NCBI GenBank assembly: GCA_013239625.1
Contig: MU054212.1
Coordinates: 8,003,412 to 8,067,411 of the forward strand
Direction of reading: 5' to 3'
DNA from: Lama guanicoe
Taxonomy: Eukaryota
DNA length: 64,000 nucleotides
Made by a program: the position numbers and the translations under genes. The notes under the pieces are model-generated. The model worked only from the letters and a program-made list of their open reading frames with translations, was not told the origin of the DNA and made no database searches. Every line of letters begins with the position of its first letter. Within the stretch, counting starts at the first letter, position 1. This document shows positions 25,837-40,106 of this stretch, piece after piece.

Positions 25837-28800
25837 GACAATGTATTACATTATTTGTATTTTGTGAAAAAAAATCACTTCACTTAACCGAAGTCAAATT
25901 TAATGAGCAAACAGTCCCCCCGGGTAAAGGACACGCATTTGCTGCCTGTGTAATTGCCCATTAACGTGTACATGGGATATTGCGATTGTACGTCCAACAC
26001 ACTTAGATCATGTAAAGAAAAATGCCATCTCATGGTGCTTCTCTGCAAACAGCCTCTTTTCTTTCCTGTCTCTTACTCAGCATGTGCATAGAAAAAGGAA
26101 ATAAGGCTCAAATATAACCTTCCTCCTCCTAGTGGAGAGAGACAGCAACCATCCTGTAGTCAGCCTGGCTTTAGGCGGTTCCCCCGGGGACCCCTTCTCT
26201 ACCATTTCCAAGGCAACACATTCTTGAAAGGCTCAGTGGACCAGGAAGTTCATAAACAGATGGATGCATAAAGCCAAACCACAGCAGCGCCTGTAAGAGC
26301 CTTACAGCCGCCTTTCCTTCCAGCCCCTCCCCATGGAGCCCTCCACAGCGGCCACATCTTTGTCAGCCGGCCAGCAGTGGGTACCGCTGCATAGGTACTT
26401 AAGGGCCATTATTGGTAACACCCAGATGTCAGCAATGCCTTGTCTGGGTGGGGAGAGTGTTTGCTGGTCTTTCTCCTTTATTTGCTTATATATTCAAGCC
26501 TCTTTTCAAAAAAGGACCCAAGGCAGCTGACGATAAAAGAAACAATGACTTCGTGAAATAGAAATAGAAAAATCAAGAACTAAAGAAAATGCAAATACGC
26601 TCATCACAAGGGACCAGGGTGTTCCTGTGAGCTCTCTAGCAATGAGGCAAAGAAAAGGGAAAACATAATTGGCGGTTTTATCAGAATGGAAATGCCAGTT
26701 TTCCAAAGGACCCAGATTTCTGTTGGCATAAGTGATAAAAAGAAAGTTTTCACTCAGAGGAGTAGTGAGTGATGAAATGGACAATACGGTAGTAGATCTC
26801 GTGTAGCTGATTCTTATACTGACCCTCAGTCGAAATTAAAGACAGAACCCCTTATGTCCCAATCTTGCAGGGGCAGAATTCTACAAGGAAATAAACAAAT
26901 GCCGTCCAAATTTATAGACTTCTCATGGTATAACATGATCTAAGGAGAGAATTTAGAGGTTTCAGTCTGGCATCTGCTTCTAAATTCTGGTTCTATTTAT
27001 GAGCCTTTCCCCTTTGGGGACATTCTCTTTGTAAAAATCAGATTTAAGACACCACACACAACAAACTGTGCTTGATTTAATAGCCTCTACTTGCTTTATC
27101 ATGAAAGTCTGTGTGGTTCAATGTATTTTATTATACTGGTATATATAATTCCTACTTATACTGTTTCTTGTTAGAGGTAATGCATGAATTTAATCCCCTT
27201 GAGGAGAGAACATGAATTAAAAAAAATAGTGCCTGTAATATAATATGATGATTATGGTATCATAAGCAATAAATTTTTTTTAACAAACCTTGAATCGAAA
27301 TTATCCTACCCTCTTTCTTCTCTGTGTATTTTTAAGATTTATTGAAGGAGCCGTAAAAAGAACACTCATAAAAAGTTTAATAATGAAGGCGGCTGGGATG
27401 TAACAGCAGTGATGATACATTCCAGAGTTTCTGGTATACCTCCAGTGCCAAACAGTGTGACCTGGTCTAAAACCAAATATCCTGACTCTTTGAGTTCAGG
27501 AAATAGGGTCCCAATAATAATTCTCTTAGAAAGACTACTGGAGTTAGACCTGAGTTATAACGGTCCCAGCTCTTCACTCACAGCTGTAAGATCTTGAGTA
27601 AGTCAATTAACTTCCTAGTAACTTATTTCCAACACGCTGATGATACATGACTCACAGAGTTTTGTAGATTTAAAAACATGACTGGTGCGGAAGCACTTTG
27701 TAAAATGCTACATGCCTGTCAGATACAAGTGTCCATGTATGTATGTATATATGTATACACACACACACGGGAATCTATCTGCTTGTCTAATTTGACTCAT
27801 ATTTTACATGCACACGCACACACACATGCACGTAGGCATTCACTTCTCTTCCTTACATTAACTAGCAGTGCCTCCAATCGGGGAGAGAGTCAAAGGTCAG
27901 CCAAACTCCATCTCCTCTTCTCTTCTGTATTTCCAACTGGGTGGCTCAGGCTCCTACTTCTTCTGTGGAATATAATAAACAAGCCAGAAATAACAGCTTT
28001 TCCCCAGTTTATGTTCACTTTCCATTATTTCCCCTGCTCATCCTCTCTGGTGGGTATTCTGTGTTGTGAAGCAATCAAAAGTGAGAGGGGTGGGGGTAAT
28101 TCATGTCGGAAATAATCACCCTGCAATTCTAGGACTAATATCTCGTGTTCAAAAACCTACCCTCCCAGTCTCTCTCTCTCTCACTCACTGTCTCCTTCTC
28201 TCTCTCTCTCTCTCTTTCTCCCTCTCATGCCTCTTAAAATTAGGAATTGGTTAATTAATTCTGGAAAAGTAAAAATTTCTTCTCTGCTTAAAAAACCTTA
28301 GAAAATGACCCTCCAGTTCAGGATAAAGGCTAAGCGCCTTTGATGACCCTGGAGGCCCCCAAACCTGGCCCCACCCCGCCCAGCCTCACCCGGCTCCACT
28401 CCCCACACTGGCCTCCCACTGTATCAACCACACTGGCTCCGCAGTGGGTCTGCAGGACCCCCACCCCACCCCGAGCCTTGCCCACCATAATGCTCTTCTA
28501 AGCCCTGCGATGCTTCCTCTTTGCTGCCTGGAAATCTCCACTGTAAGACCCAAGTCAAATGATGCCTCCTGCCTGGCCAGTCAGAATTAGTCACCTCATC
28601 TGTAGCCCCACAGCAAACCCGATGGTGGTCAGGAAGTGCACACTGGAAGAAGGGATGAAAAAGAGGGTTGAATGTGGCCAAACACCGCTTTGCTGCACGT
28701 TCCCAGGCTGCTGGGTAAAACCAGGCCTGACTACGCCGCGTTCGCCACCAAACCCCAGAGGCTGACTTTCTGGAAGGGGGCACCTGGTTAGGGGAGGGTC

Positions 28801-30838
28801 CCTTCCACCACCCACTCCTGTCTCACAGCCCTCTGCTCTGCCCTTTCTCCAGGCAGTGCTGGGTCCACAATTAGACAGACCTTCGGCCCTTTCTTTGAAG
28901 CATTCCCTCCTCCTTTCTGGTGCTGAGTGGAAACCCAAATCCTTCCCGGGAAAAAAAAAAAATCCGAAAATTTATGGATCTTGTCAGACTTTTTAAAAAT
29001 TGATATAACAGCAGGTTGACTGGACTCCGAGAATGGAGGGTGGAAATGAATTTTTCATTTATTCTCTAGGAAGAGAGCTATTTTAAATTTGCCAAGGGTG
29101 ATGTATGTTTTCTTTCTGCCATAAATCAACCCTCTTCTCAGGAATTTTAGATCTATATATTGATCAGCATGGACCGTTGTCCCTTAAGTCTTCTGCTCCA
29201 TTAATCATCGAGTAATTTCCAGGAAAGGAGGTTCACAGTGATCATTCACTCCACCATGCTTCACGGCCAGGCCAGAGGCCACTGTTCTCTAGTGGCTGCT
29301 ACCTGTGAAAATGAAACTCCATGATGTCTTCACCAATCTACCCCAAGCCCAGGAGGCAATTGCCTTCCCCTAGTGGTCCTACAGGAACAGCAGGAAAGAA
29401 AGCCAGAGATGGCGCTCCCAGCAGTAAGTCTACCACGCATCAGTCTGGGCAGTGTTCTGACGAAGACAGATGGGGCCCTGATCGCCCAGGGAGCCAGGGT
29501 TGCCCCCACTCCACGTCTGGGTAAAAAGTGAATGTGACTGGGGAGTTAAAGATTGTGGGAAAGATGCAGCTGAGTCTTTGCTTCAGCACAGAATCTTCCA
29601 CCTTAATTGTTCACATAATCAGACTGCTTGAAATTGCACCAATGAGAAATTCATTTAGGAGCTGGTGGCTGTTAGCAATTCACATGTTGGTGTAATTTAG
29701 ACCCAGAAAATTGGTCAGTTTCCCTTAATAAATCACCACAGTCCATCATGTCACTTTTATCACAAGACCACGAATAGGAGTTTTGAAGGCCGGAAGCAGA
29801 CAGAAAGGAATAGGTAAAGTTTGGAGACAGGGTGTTAGGCAGGAAGAGGTGGGGCTGGGCATGCCTCAGACAGTTAGCAGGAGAGCGCGGCAGGCATGCA
29901 GGGGGGAAGGCAAGAGCATTGCCAGAGGTAAGAGGCTCACAGAAAGGAAGGGCAGAAGGGCCAGTGTGGTGCCCAAAGGGGAGGGGCGGCCCCATGCGCA
30001 CCCTGCGCTAGAGAGCCGGGCCGAACAGGTGCGAGCAGGGCTGGTGTGAGTACAGCCTGAGCACAGCCATCACATGTCGAAAGGCAGGCCCACGGCCCCA
30101 TCTCTGCAATCACTGGGTCCAGATGTGCTCCAGAATCCAAAACCCTGGAGGCTTTAGAAATGCAAATACAGTGCAGACACCACGTAAATAGCCTCACATC
30201 GGTTATGAAACAACACGTGTGGCTCTGGGTTTCACGTTTACAGAGAAATGAGAACCCGTGGGCCTATATTTTCTGTACTGATTGATGAACAGCCCAAAGG
30301 CTGTTTCTCTCCCCTGGGCACTCTCACGGCTCCCCACGCCCAGTAACTAGAAGGTACTGCCTGCCCCGGCAGGAAGCCCCAGGCCGATGCCCAACACCCC
30401 TCCCTGGTGTGCCCATGCCCTAGACCTTCTGTATTCCCATCACTGAACCTTCCTGCTGGGGTAAAGTGTATATGGAAACATGTGATGGTTGGTCACTGGG
30501 CCTGCGATCCTGATCCAGCTGCGGTGCCGTGGGAAGGCCCTGGTCTTGTGGCCTAAAGGTGGGGGATCCATTTTCTCCCCATCATTCACTAGCTCAGAGA
30601 CCTAGAGCAACCTAATTAGCACCTCTGAGCCTCAGTTTGCTAACCTGGAAAATGGGAGTAATAATACATCCTAGGCTTGTTGTGAAGTAGTTGGGATTAA
30701 AGTGCTGTCCAGACTGCACGTTGCTGTTCAGATAGAAGCTCCTATCACTCTTAGCACTGATTAGTGAGAGAATAAAACAAAACAATGTATGTAAATGTGC
30801 TTTAGACACTGAAAATTACATACAAAAGTGGAGTTTTG

Positions 30839-30977
30839 CTTGTTTTTGTTTTTTTTTAATTTTGGTGCGGGAGGTAATTAAGTTTTTATTTACCTTTGAT
30901 GGAGGTACTAGGGATTGAACCCAGGACTTCATGCATGCTAGGCACGCGCTCTACCGCTGAGCTATACCGCCCCCCAC
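30839..30977 (-). mobile_element. tRNA-derived SINE (Vic-1-like)
   Basis: Reverse A and B boxes. TSD caaaagtggagttttg (30823-30838) / caaaagtagaattttg (30978-30993). Confidence 0.88.
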
Positions 30978-31357
30978 CAAAAGTAGAATTTTGTTATTAT
31001 TATTGTGAACCTCTCATCACAGAAGAGGATCTGGCTTCCAGAGCTGAGAGGGTAACTTACACTGTGTAGCCAAGAGGAGCCTTCTTCCTTCAACTCCTCT
31101 GCCCAAAGCCTCGTCCCCAGTCCCACCTCCCTGCTGCACCTGGTCCCTTGGTAAAGAGGACAGGTAAGAAAGGGCGAAGGGCCCCGCTGAGGACCCTGCC
31201 TGGAAAAGGATGCACAGGAGCGGCTGCCAGGGAGGGGGCCGCCCCTCACCTCAGGGTACCTGACCAACACTTGTCTCCTTGGAGGGACCCTCCAGCAGCC
31301 AGAGCCCGTCCTGTGGGGAGGCAGAGCACCTGGACTCAGGCTCCAGCCCGGACTCTC

Positions 31358-31376
31358 TAGCGCCATCTCCTGGGCA
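31358..31376 (-). promoter_or_regulatory. Candidate CTCF motif
   Basis: Minus strand TGCCCAGGAGATGGCGCTA matches the core CCASYAGRKGGCGC with one mismatch. Confidence 0.4.
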
Positions 31377-32997
31377 GTTCTTTTCACCTCTCGGAGCTCT
31401 GAGATCAACAATCGCACATTTAGCGTAAGGGGACCTACTTAAGTGGGTCGCGGAGAGAAATCAGTGAGGACATACGTCAAAAGCTTTCCTACATGGCGAA
31501 AAGAGTCCCATGCGAAGTCACTTATCACTGGCCGGGAAGCAGGGAAATTAGCGCAGCCGCAGAGGTTTCGTGGTGATGACACTGAGCTGCCAAAGTTCGC
31601 GGGGGAAAACCAGACCCGTCCTCGAGCAGGCTGGGTCTAGCAGGCTGCGAAGCGTCGCCAGCGGGCAAACTTCTCTTCCTGGGGCCGGGACTGGCCATGC
31701 CAAGGTACTGTTGCGAGTGAAAAGAGTGGAGTCCTCAGCCCCTCGAGCACCAGATGAGTTACTTTCTGTTTTGCTTCATTTTTAATTCTGGGTTTTTCTC
31801 AGTTCATAGATGTGACTTTTATGTGTGACGCAGAGCCCTGGAAAGCTAACAGCATGGCATTTTACAGGATTGATGTTGTGTGTTTTAACTGCAAGGAGCT
31901 GAGCCCACAGCAAAAGACTTAAATCGAATATTCCAGAGCACTGCTCTGGTGGTGCACGTCTGGGGTTTGAATGGGGTGATGATGAATTTCTGGGCCTTGC
32001 TGTGGAAGAGTCCTCACTCTCCCCGGCCAGACCCAAAGGACTGGAGTGGAATTTATGTGAACACCTAATCTCTTTGCATTTTCTCATATGTGCTGACATG
32101 ACTTCCTTTGTAAACTAATTTTTAAAGCAGAGAAAAATGTTTCCAAGAGACCTCATTGTAGAGACAAGGCTATGAAATTCCAGGTGTGACAGTTTCAGAT
32201 CAGTTTCATGCCAAGGACTGGCCCGCAGAGAAGAATGGCTTTTGAGTTGTTTTCTCCTCTTTTCTTTACTCATTTTTTAAAATCCCACTTTTCCTACTGC
32301 TAGAATATTGTTTTTTCATAGGCAAGGAGAAGGACATTTCCTACAGGAAACATTAACCAAACATTAGAAACCAAGATTTTTTTTTTCTTTTCCTCATTTG
32401 AATCCCTGAATCACTGAGCAATTCGTCAACTTTTACTATAAAAGAAGGATTAAACAGCTTACATCTCATTTGATTCTTAATTTGAGACTTAATATATGCA
32501 ATATGGCATGATATGATTTGAACTAGGCATTATCCTCAACAGGTGATGCCAGGACAGACAGGTTGAAAATTTAGCAAGTGTATATATAAACCACCCTTCC
32601 CCAGGAGTCTCCGAGTTTATATTTAAAGCTTTCTCCTTAATGTCTTTTTATTCTATGTAGAACTCCCTTCAAGGAGAAAATAAACACACCTTGTAATTAT
32701 CCCTGCTCAACAGCAGCTCCATTACCTGGGCACACATCTCATACATCACAGAACAACGACTGCTGTACTAATATTCCTAGCTTTCAATTTGTAACCGAAA
32801 CTTCAGATGACATACAGTAAGGTCCTAAAGCACCTGCACCTGCAGCTCAGGGTTAGCATTACCTTCTCAGTCACCTAGGATTTCCACCTGCTCTTGGAAT
32901 TTCACAGTCACGGTTTTTAACATCTGACTGAGGCACTGGGAATGGCATTTGGCTCTTTGTTGGGAAAGCAAATTAACGACGTGCATTGTCTCCCCAG

Positions 32998-33157
32998 ACC
33001 CAGGGGCCCGGTTCTCCCCGCTCCTCCCCCAGCCACACCATCAGCCGGCCCATCCCCACGCCCGTCCGCTCGGCGTCCGCCTGCTCCACCCCGACGCACG
33101 CGCCCCAGGACTCGCTCACAGGGGTGGGGGGCGATGTCCAGGAGGCGTTTGCACAAA
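32998..33157 (+). CDS. DTNA: DTNA exon: [53 protein letters not shown](S)
   Basis: Acceptor gtctccccag|ACC, donor CAAA|gtaagt. 160 nt, phase 0 to 1. CpG-rich. Confidence 0.97.
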
Positions 33158-35766
33158 GTAAGTGGCTTCGCTTTTTGGTTGTGTTCTGCTTTCACGTGAA
33201 AAATAAGTCACCCAGGACTGCGAGGTCTAGGGTCAATCAGAGCCACGCCTGGGGCGTTCTAGAGTATTCCCTGGCTTGTGTCAGAGCCGGGCCCGCGAGG
33301 CATTTCAGAAACCAACTCCCGACGCTGATCGGTTCTTCGCTTCACCATCTTGTATCTTCTTTCGGCTTCTGTTGCCCTGTCTTGTTTTTTATGAGTCTTT
33401 GCTCTTTAAGGGAAGGGAAATCCTTTCAGCACTATCCCAGGAAATTGTATCAAGTGTAATGCGTTTTAAAATTCTGAAAGGTCCTATTTCCTGCTTGCTT
33501 CTTGTTACATTAAAGCAAACTCAAGACTGGGAGTAAACAATCCCAGCTCTTTAGCGCTGAGGCGATCAAGAAGGGTGTTTCAGTTGATTTACAGATGCCT
33601 TGAAAGAGTTGAGTCATTGCCTCTGTGATACGGGGCTACGAGGCTAGGCTTTCAGAGTTAATATAGGAGGGCAGAGGGTGATGTGAGATGACAAACAGGG
33701 ACAAACAGCTTCTCCCGTAGCTGCCTCTTCTACATACAAACTGCGGGGGGTGGGGAGCGGGGAAGGGCAGTGATCCCAAAGCAAGTGATCTTATTCATAT
33801 GGAATTATTTTAACACTCTATAAAATTTTTTCTTATCACTTTTTAAATTGATAGAAAATCAGGGGAAAAAATCCTGCTGCAGACCCTCACCCTGCCGGTC
33901 TGATTCCTATAAGTAAACACCATTAACAACTTGGCCCTTCTCAACCTTTCACTTAAGTATAAATATCTATGTTTAAGTGTGCTTTTATGGACATATATAC
34001 TCTTCTTTTTTCACACAAATTCGATTATGTTTTGCATTTTGGTCTACAGTTTGCAGTGCTCCTTAGATTCGCAAAATATCACCAACGTCCTTCCAGGTCC
34101 TTATATACAGCTTGAAGGAAAAGAGAGACAAATTTGACTACTAGTTTTAAGGCAAAAACAAACATAAAGTCAAAAGACAATAAAATAGACTTGAGGAAAC
34201 CATTTCCAACATATGTGGCAGTCAAGTTTCATCATTTCAGCATAAAGCCTATAGAGATCCATCAGAAAGACATACCTGAATAAGTGAGGGATGGAACAGA
34301 CAGAGGAATAAGTAGCCGAGAAAAATATGACCAGATGTTCAATCTCACAAAAAGCTGCAGAAATACAGATTTTAGTAAAAAACAAAAAACAAACAAAAAA
34401 AAACACCTTTTCCCTAGCAGATTTAAAAAAAAAGTTGTTTAACATCAGTTATGTCCCAGGGAGACTGTGAAGAAACAGATGTTGTCATCCACTGCGTATG
34501 GGGGATAAACTCTTACATTTTGAAAGGACAGACTCATCTACTCCCTAGTCTGTTATGAGGGAAGGAGGGGTGATTCCTTACAGGGCTTTTTCTTTTGAAA
34601 AAGAAAATAATTTAAGTTGTACGAATATCACTTACAGTATACAAAATAATTTCCTTTGTTTTTTTTTTTTTTTTAATTTTTGGAAGGGAAACTGTCCTTT
34701 CCCTAAATCTTAAAGACATGTACGGTACTTTAAATCAATTTGAGCTTCCTGTTATAATTAATGTTTCCTCTAACTACATTGATTTTTTTTTAATTTCCAC
34801 GGGTTTATTATTTTACTTATTTAGTTTTACTTTCTGAGAAATGACAGAATGAAATGTGGCCTGTCTGGGCAACCCACCTTCAGAAAGAGCTCACCCTGCT
34901 TAAGTTCATCTGTGAGTCAGGTATTTGGAATCTTGAGCCTTTTTTCCCAAAGATATTATGGATTTAGTCCTCTGTTCCGTGTCCAACTTACCCCACTCCC
35001 AGACCAGCCCACAAATACTCATTTAACCATTAGTGTGCCGGAAACATCCTAAGACTCTTTCTCTACCACGGAGAAACGTGGCCTGAGTTCCAGCTCAGGG
35101 TACCAAGCGTACGTCTTCCGCCCAGGTCTTGGTGGCATTAGCAAGAATCCTCACCCCTTTTCCACAGTCTGGGGACATTCAGTGCATGGGGTTCCCATTC
35201 CCAAGAGATACCTGAGATGGTAGGGGGACCACTGAGAGCCCTGATGGGAGACAGAGGCTACAGTGATAGGGACCAGAATTGGATGCTCTCAGCCTCCAGG
35301 TATCGTCTGAAAGAGCAGCAGCTGCTGGGACGGCGCAGCTCACCTGGCAGAACCAGACTCGTCATCCGCCTGGGTTATCCTGAAGAAAGGGGACCACACT
35401 TGCTGGCTTACCTGGGACCGTCCCAGTTTGTGCCATGTCACCCAGTCTTATTATTAATCCCACCCCTTTCACCTGCAAAACTGTCCCAATTTGGACGGTA
35501 AATTATATGAACCCCCGTTAGTTGCCGTGTCTTCTTACATCAAAGGCCATTGCCCTAAACACAATGTATTTTTTTCAGGAAGTAAAACAAAGCACTTCTG
35601 AAAAGTGTTCTTGCTTTAGGGTATTAATGGAAGTGAGTTTATCATATGATTTGATAAAAACTCATAGGATATCATGTGATATCATATCCTATGAGTTTAG
35701 CATAAGAATTTGGGAAAAAGGAAAGCTTTGATTTTTTTTTCAATTATCATTCCTTCTTTGCTTAAG

Positions 35767-35856
35767 GTTCAAGAAGAAACTTAAGGAATGACTTACTCGT
35801 AGCGGCGGATTCCATCACTAACACCATGTCCTCTCTTGTGAAAGAGTTGAATTCCG
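35767..35856 (+). CDS. DTNA: DTNA exon: (S)[29 protein letters not shown](D)
   Basis: Acceptor ctttgcttaag|GT, donor CCG|gtgagc. 90 nt, phase 1 to 1. Confidence 0.97.
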
Positions 35857-37100
35857 GTGAGCCCTGGGTCCCCTCTCGTTGGTGTGCTCGTTGCGGGGGA
35901 CCCATAAGCTTCTGTTAGAGATCTGCTCGTGGCCAAGTATTAAAAGACTTTTTAAAGGGCTATGTGTTATTTTGTTGGGTGTGTTAGATTTTTTTTTTTA
36001 GTACTGTTTATGTTCTGCTGATGAGAAGACTATTAATCTATCAATGCAGAAAGTTTGAAAAATGCAGAAAAGAATAAAGAAAAACATTAAGATTGACTTG
36101 TAATTCCAGGATCCTAAGTTAGCCACTGTTAAATGTTTCATGACCCAAAGTGGCATGAGGCTAAAGTTATTTTTATAAGGTCTTATGTCTTATTTACTAA
36201 TTGAGATTTTGTTAATTTGGAATGCAGAGCTATTTGAATGAGGCTAAACTGAAATTTACCTTTGCAATTTCATGAAAGATCTGCACAGGAAACAAATAGC
36301 GTAAAATTGCAACACTATCCTAATAATACTACTCGGAGTTTTAAAAACTTTGAACAGCATGAATGTGCAGATATTCTTACCAGTTACTAATATATCTCAC
36401 GTATTCCTTAAAGCCCGTCTGGCAAGATCTCTGTTTGGTAGGACTGCGGTCATATAGTTGAGATTACAACAACTATAAGAAATAAAACTTCAATATTAAA
36501 AAAATCTGGATTTAAACTTCTTAAAGCCTCTATAATTAGAATTAAAGTCATGAAAATTATTGCTGCTATTTTAGGTTAAGATTACCAAATAGTACAAAAA
36601 TGACAGTAGTTAATACATCCTGAGTAATGGCAGGTACCTACTGCTGTAGCAAGTGATGACTAAAAACACTATTCTCATTGTGGCCATTTCAATTACTATT
36701 AGTTTATACTCTTACAATATTTTGAAATATTAAGTGAATATAATATATTGGCCTTGTACTTCCTAAATTAAAGTAATATTAAGCAAAACTAACAATAGAT
36801 TTAAGGAAGATTTTATAGAGGGAAAAGCCGGATGCTTAAAGAATTAAATCAGTTATTAAGACAAAAATTCCTTATAACATTATTAAGGTAAGAAAAGAGA
36901 CAATATGGTCTACTAAGTGATGTTATGGTAATTCATGGCAGTATCAATTCTCATTTTGAAAGAAATGAACACTTACTTATGTACACTAACTGGTCAGTGT
37001 TTTATACAGCACAGGTTGGTTTTATATTAAGCCTAGCCCTTTATTGGCCAATCATAAAAAGTTCTAAGTCATTCTTTATTTCTTCCATTGTACCTAATAG

Positions 37101-37269
37101 ACGTGAGGAGTGACACCGAGAGTAATGTGGATTCTGAATTTGCACGGACTCAGTTTGAGGACCTGGTTCCATCACCAACCTCTGAAAAGGCTTTTCTAGC
37201 ACAAATCCACGCCCGAAAACCCGGGTACCTTCACAGTGGAGCCACCCCAAGCACCATGCGTGGGGACAT
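37101..37269 (+). CDS. DTNA: DTNA exon: (D)VRSDTESNVDSEFARTQFEDLVPSPTSEKAFLAQIHARKPGYLHSGATPSTMRGD(M)
   Basis: Acceptor cctaatag|AC, donor AT|gtgagt. 169 nt, phase 1 to 2. Confidence 0.96.
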
Positions 37270-39513
37270 GTGAGTATCTCCTTCTTGGAGGTGTTTTTGC
37301 AGTAACAGAGCACTCTGCAGGGAGCAAAGGAACATAAAAACATGGTTGCTTAGTTCTTTATTTTGGAAAGGGAAGATGCAGTTTCCTTTTCTGCCAAAAG
37401 TAGAAAGGTACGTTTAAATTTGTCATTGTGACTTTTCCCTCACAATTTCCAGAGTATCAATAATTAAAACCAACCAGTGCTTATTGAGAGCCTGGCTCGC
37501 CCAAGGCGCCGTGCTGGTTGGGTACTAAGTAGTGTGAAAAATTGCCCGCAGCCTGCCAGGACTCACAGACCAGTTTGGGAGATAAATCATCCTACCTTCT
37601 GAATGTACTATATTTGCTCTTAAAGGACCTGGTGACACTGGAGAGGCCTCTGTTCAGAGTGGGTGTAAACAACATCATATACACACGTGTGATTGAAATA
37701 AGTATAATGTATAAAATCCCATTATAAAGAAATCCAGTTTCCTTGACTTGTTGAATATGTATCAATCTGACCTTCCAAAGACATCGTGCAAGGATTTTCA
37801 CCCAATTAGGCTTCGGTCGCTTGACAGGAGCCAGCAGAATCAGTGACGTCCCCACTAGACTCTCTGTGACCTTGGATCAGCTCAGAATAGCCAGGCAGAG
37901 GAAAGCAAAGCTAAGAAACAAAGGCAAGGCAAGGCACAGCCCAGCTTGGGAGGGAAAAGAGTAGAACAAAGAGCGAGAAGTGGAGTTCCGAGACATGGGG
38001 GCAGGGGCTCACCAAAGGCTGGAGAAGAGAATTGATAAATAGTATAGTAAAAAAAAAACCACGGAAGAGTGATGGAGCTTAATGTGAAAAGTACTGCAGA
38101 CAAGTCTACAAAAATAAACTGGCTGTTTTAAAGACCCAAAGAAGAAACTAACCAGAAGCCTTTCTGGTGTTTTGGCTCTTAGACCAAGTAGTGAGTAAAA
38201 GATCAGTAATAATGGGAATTATAAATAGACGTAGTTTGAAAGCCAGCTGTGAAAAGGCAGAGCATTAGATCCAAACAAAACAGTTATAACATAATTTAAA
38301 ATGGCAGGAGGCCGCTGCTTTTTCATTTCAGTTTGCTTTCTGTCCTGTCCTCTATAATTTAGAGTCATTTGATTTGTTTACTGTTCAAAACGGTGCATTA
38401 ATTGTCATCCGTTTAGTCTGGTAAATACATAGCTATTTGATTTTTTATAATTAAGCATTTACATGGTGATTACCTAAAATTCAGACAAGTCCAAGACCGT
38501 ATGCTGGTGGCAGAACTAGCTACCAGCACGGCTGTGGGAGTTAAGGAGAGAAAGTTCACAGAGGTCTCACAGACCTATTTAGGCTGGCCCCAAACCTCTA
38601 AAAATAACAAGAACATGTCTTGCGGATATAAATAAACATGAACAATGGCATTTAAGTTCCAACCCAGAAACTTCTAGTTGACCAGTCTTTTTTAGGGGAT
38701 ATTTTAATATCTGGACTATCTAAACATCGACTGTGTTTTTACCGTGAGAATATTTTAGTTCTATGATTTAGGTAGTGAATTTATGTTCAGTCCCAGGAAG
38801 AGCTTGATATATCCTGGGATGAACAGTTGGAATCACACGTTAGTGACTGAGATCATTCTTACCTATTTATTTCATAGTGGAATTGGACAATTAAATGGAT
38901 TTCTTCCATTTAGAGTTGGTATAAGTTTTTAAGATCAAGAGCTATGGGGTAGAACTTTAGTCTTCCTCACATCAATTAGCTGTTATTCAGAGACTTGATT
39001 CTACCATAAAAATAAAGCACACGGGCGCACGTGCCTATGTACACACGTAACACAAAGAGGGTTAAATCGTGAACAAATGTCCTTAATCATTATTTCACTA
39101 GGGGGCTCACTTTGCTTATAGAAAGTGTTCTTGGATTCCATTTTTTTTTAAAGCCCCCAAATTGGGAAAACTATATCCTCCCAAAAGAAAAACCTGCCCT
39201 TTTTAAGACTAACAAGCATTTGAAAGGCAACTCCTTCCAGTAAGCCCTAGAAAAACATAAATGACAGTGATCACCAGGCTGCCACGGAAAAATTGCATAT
39301 GAGAAAACCTTGAGCATATATTTCTCCAAACTTCCGAAGTTTTTTTAAAAGTTTTTCATTAGGGGAAAGAAGACACTGAACTGAAGTAAATTAAAGCACA
39401 GCGAATTGGAGGACTGAATAAATGTGCACCCGAAACTACAGCTAACACATGAATTCCATCCATACTTTCCTTTTAAGATTTGCTCCCAAACGCCCTCTGT
39501 GGTTTATTCCCAG

Positions 39514-39646
39514 GGTCACAGAAGATGGGGACCCCTACGTGCAGCCAGAGGATGAGAACTATGAAGATGAATCTGTCCGGCAGCTGGAGAACGAGCTGAA
39601 GATGGAGGAATACCTGAAACAGAAGCTGCAGGACGAAGCCTACCAG
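39514..39646 (+). CDS. DTNA: DTNA exon with the alpha-DB1 tail tyrosines: (M)VTEDGDPYVQPEDENYEDESVRQLENELKMEEYLKQKLQDEAYQ
   Basis: Acceptor ttattcccag|G, donor CAG|gtaccg. 133 nt, phase 2 to 0. Confidence 0.96.
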
Positions 39647-39964
39647 GTACCGAGAGCCAGCCCCACACCACCCCCCACTTCTGCCCCCGCCCGCGGGAGC
39701 CGGGGCTCTCACCCGGCTCCAAAACTCAGGTGCCTTCTCCATCCTTCCACCCTCCCTGCCTGCAATATTCCGGCAGCACTCCCGAGTCCACGTATTCTAG
39801 ACAGTAAAAAATACTAAATACTTCTTAGAGCTGTCACTCACCATGTAGTCTTATAAATGCTGAGCTGGAAAGTGAAAACATGGTGGAAACATTAGTGGAA
39901 ACCTGGTGACTGACTGTCCCTCGTCCTCCGAGATCATTAGGAAAATGCTTTTGGAGAAAAGACA

Positions 39965-40106
39965 CAGTTGGCCCTCCATATCCACGGATTCAGAGCTTGT
40001 GGATACTGAGGTTCAACTATAGGGGACTCGAGCATCCACAGATTTTGGTGTCCAAGGCAAGGGCAGGTCCTGGAACCAGTCCCCCCCGGATACTGTGGGA
40101 TGACTG
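39965..40106. mobile_element. MER2/Tigger-type MITE
   Basis: Imperfect terminal inverted repeats cagttggccctccatatcc…ggatactgtgggatgactg, followed by TA. Confidence 0.7.
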
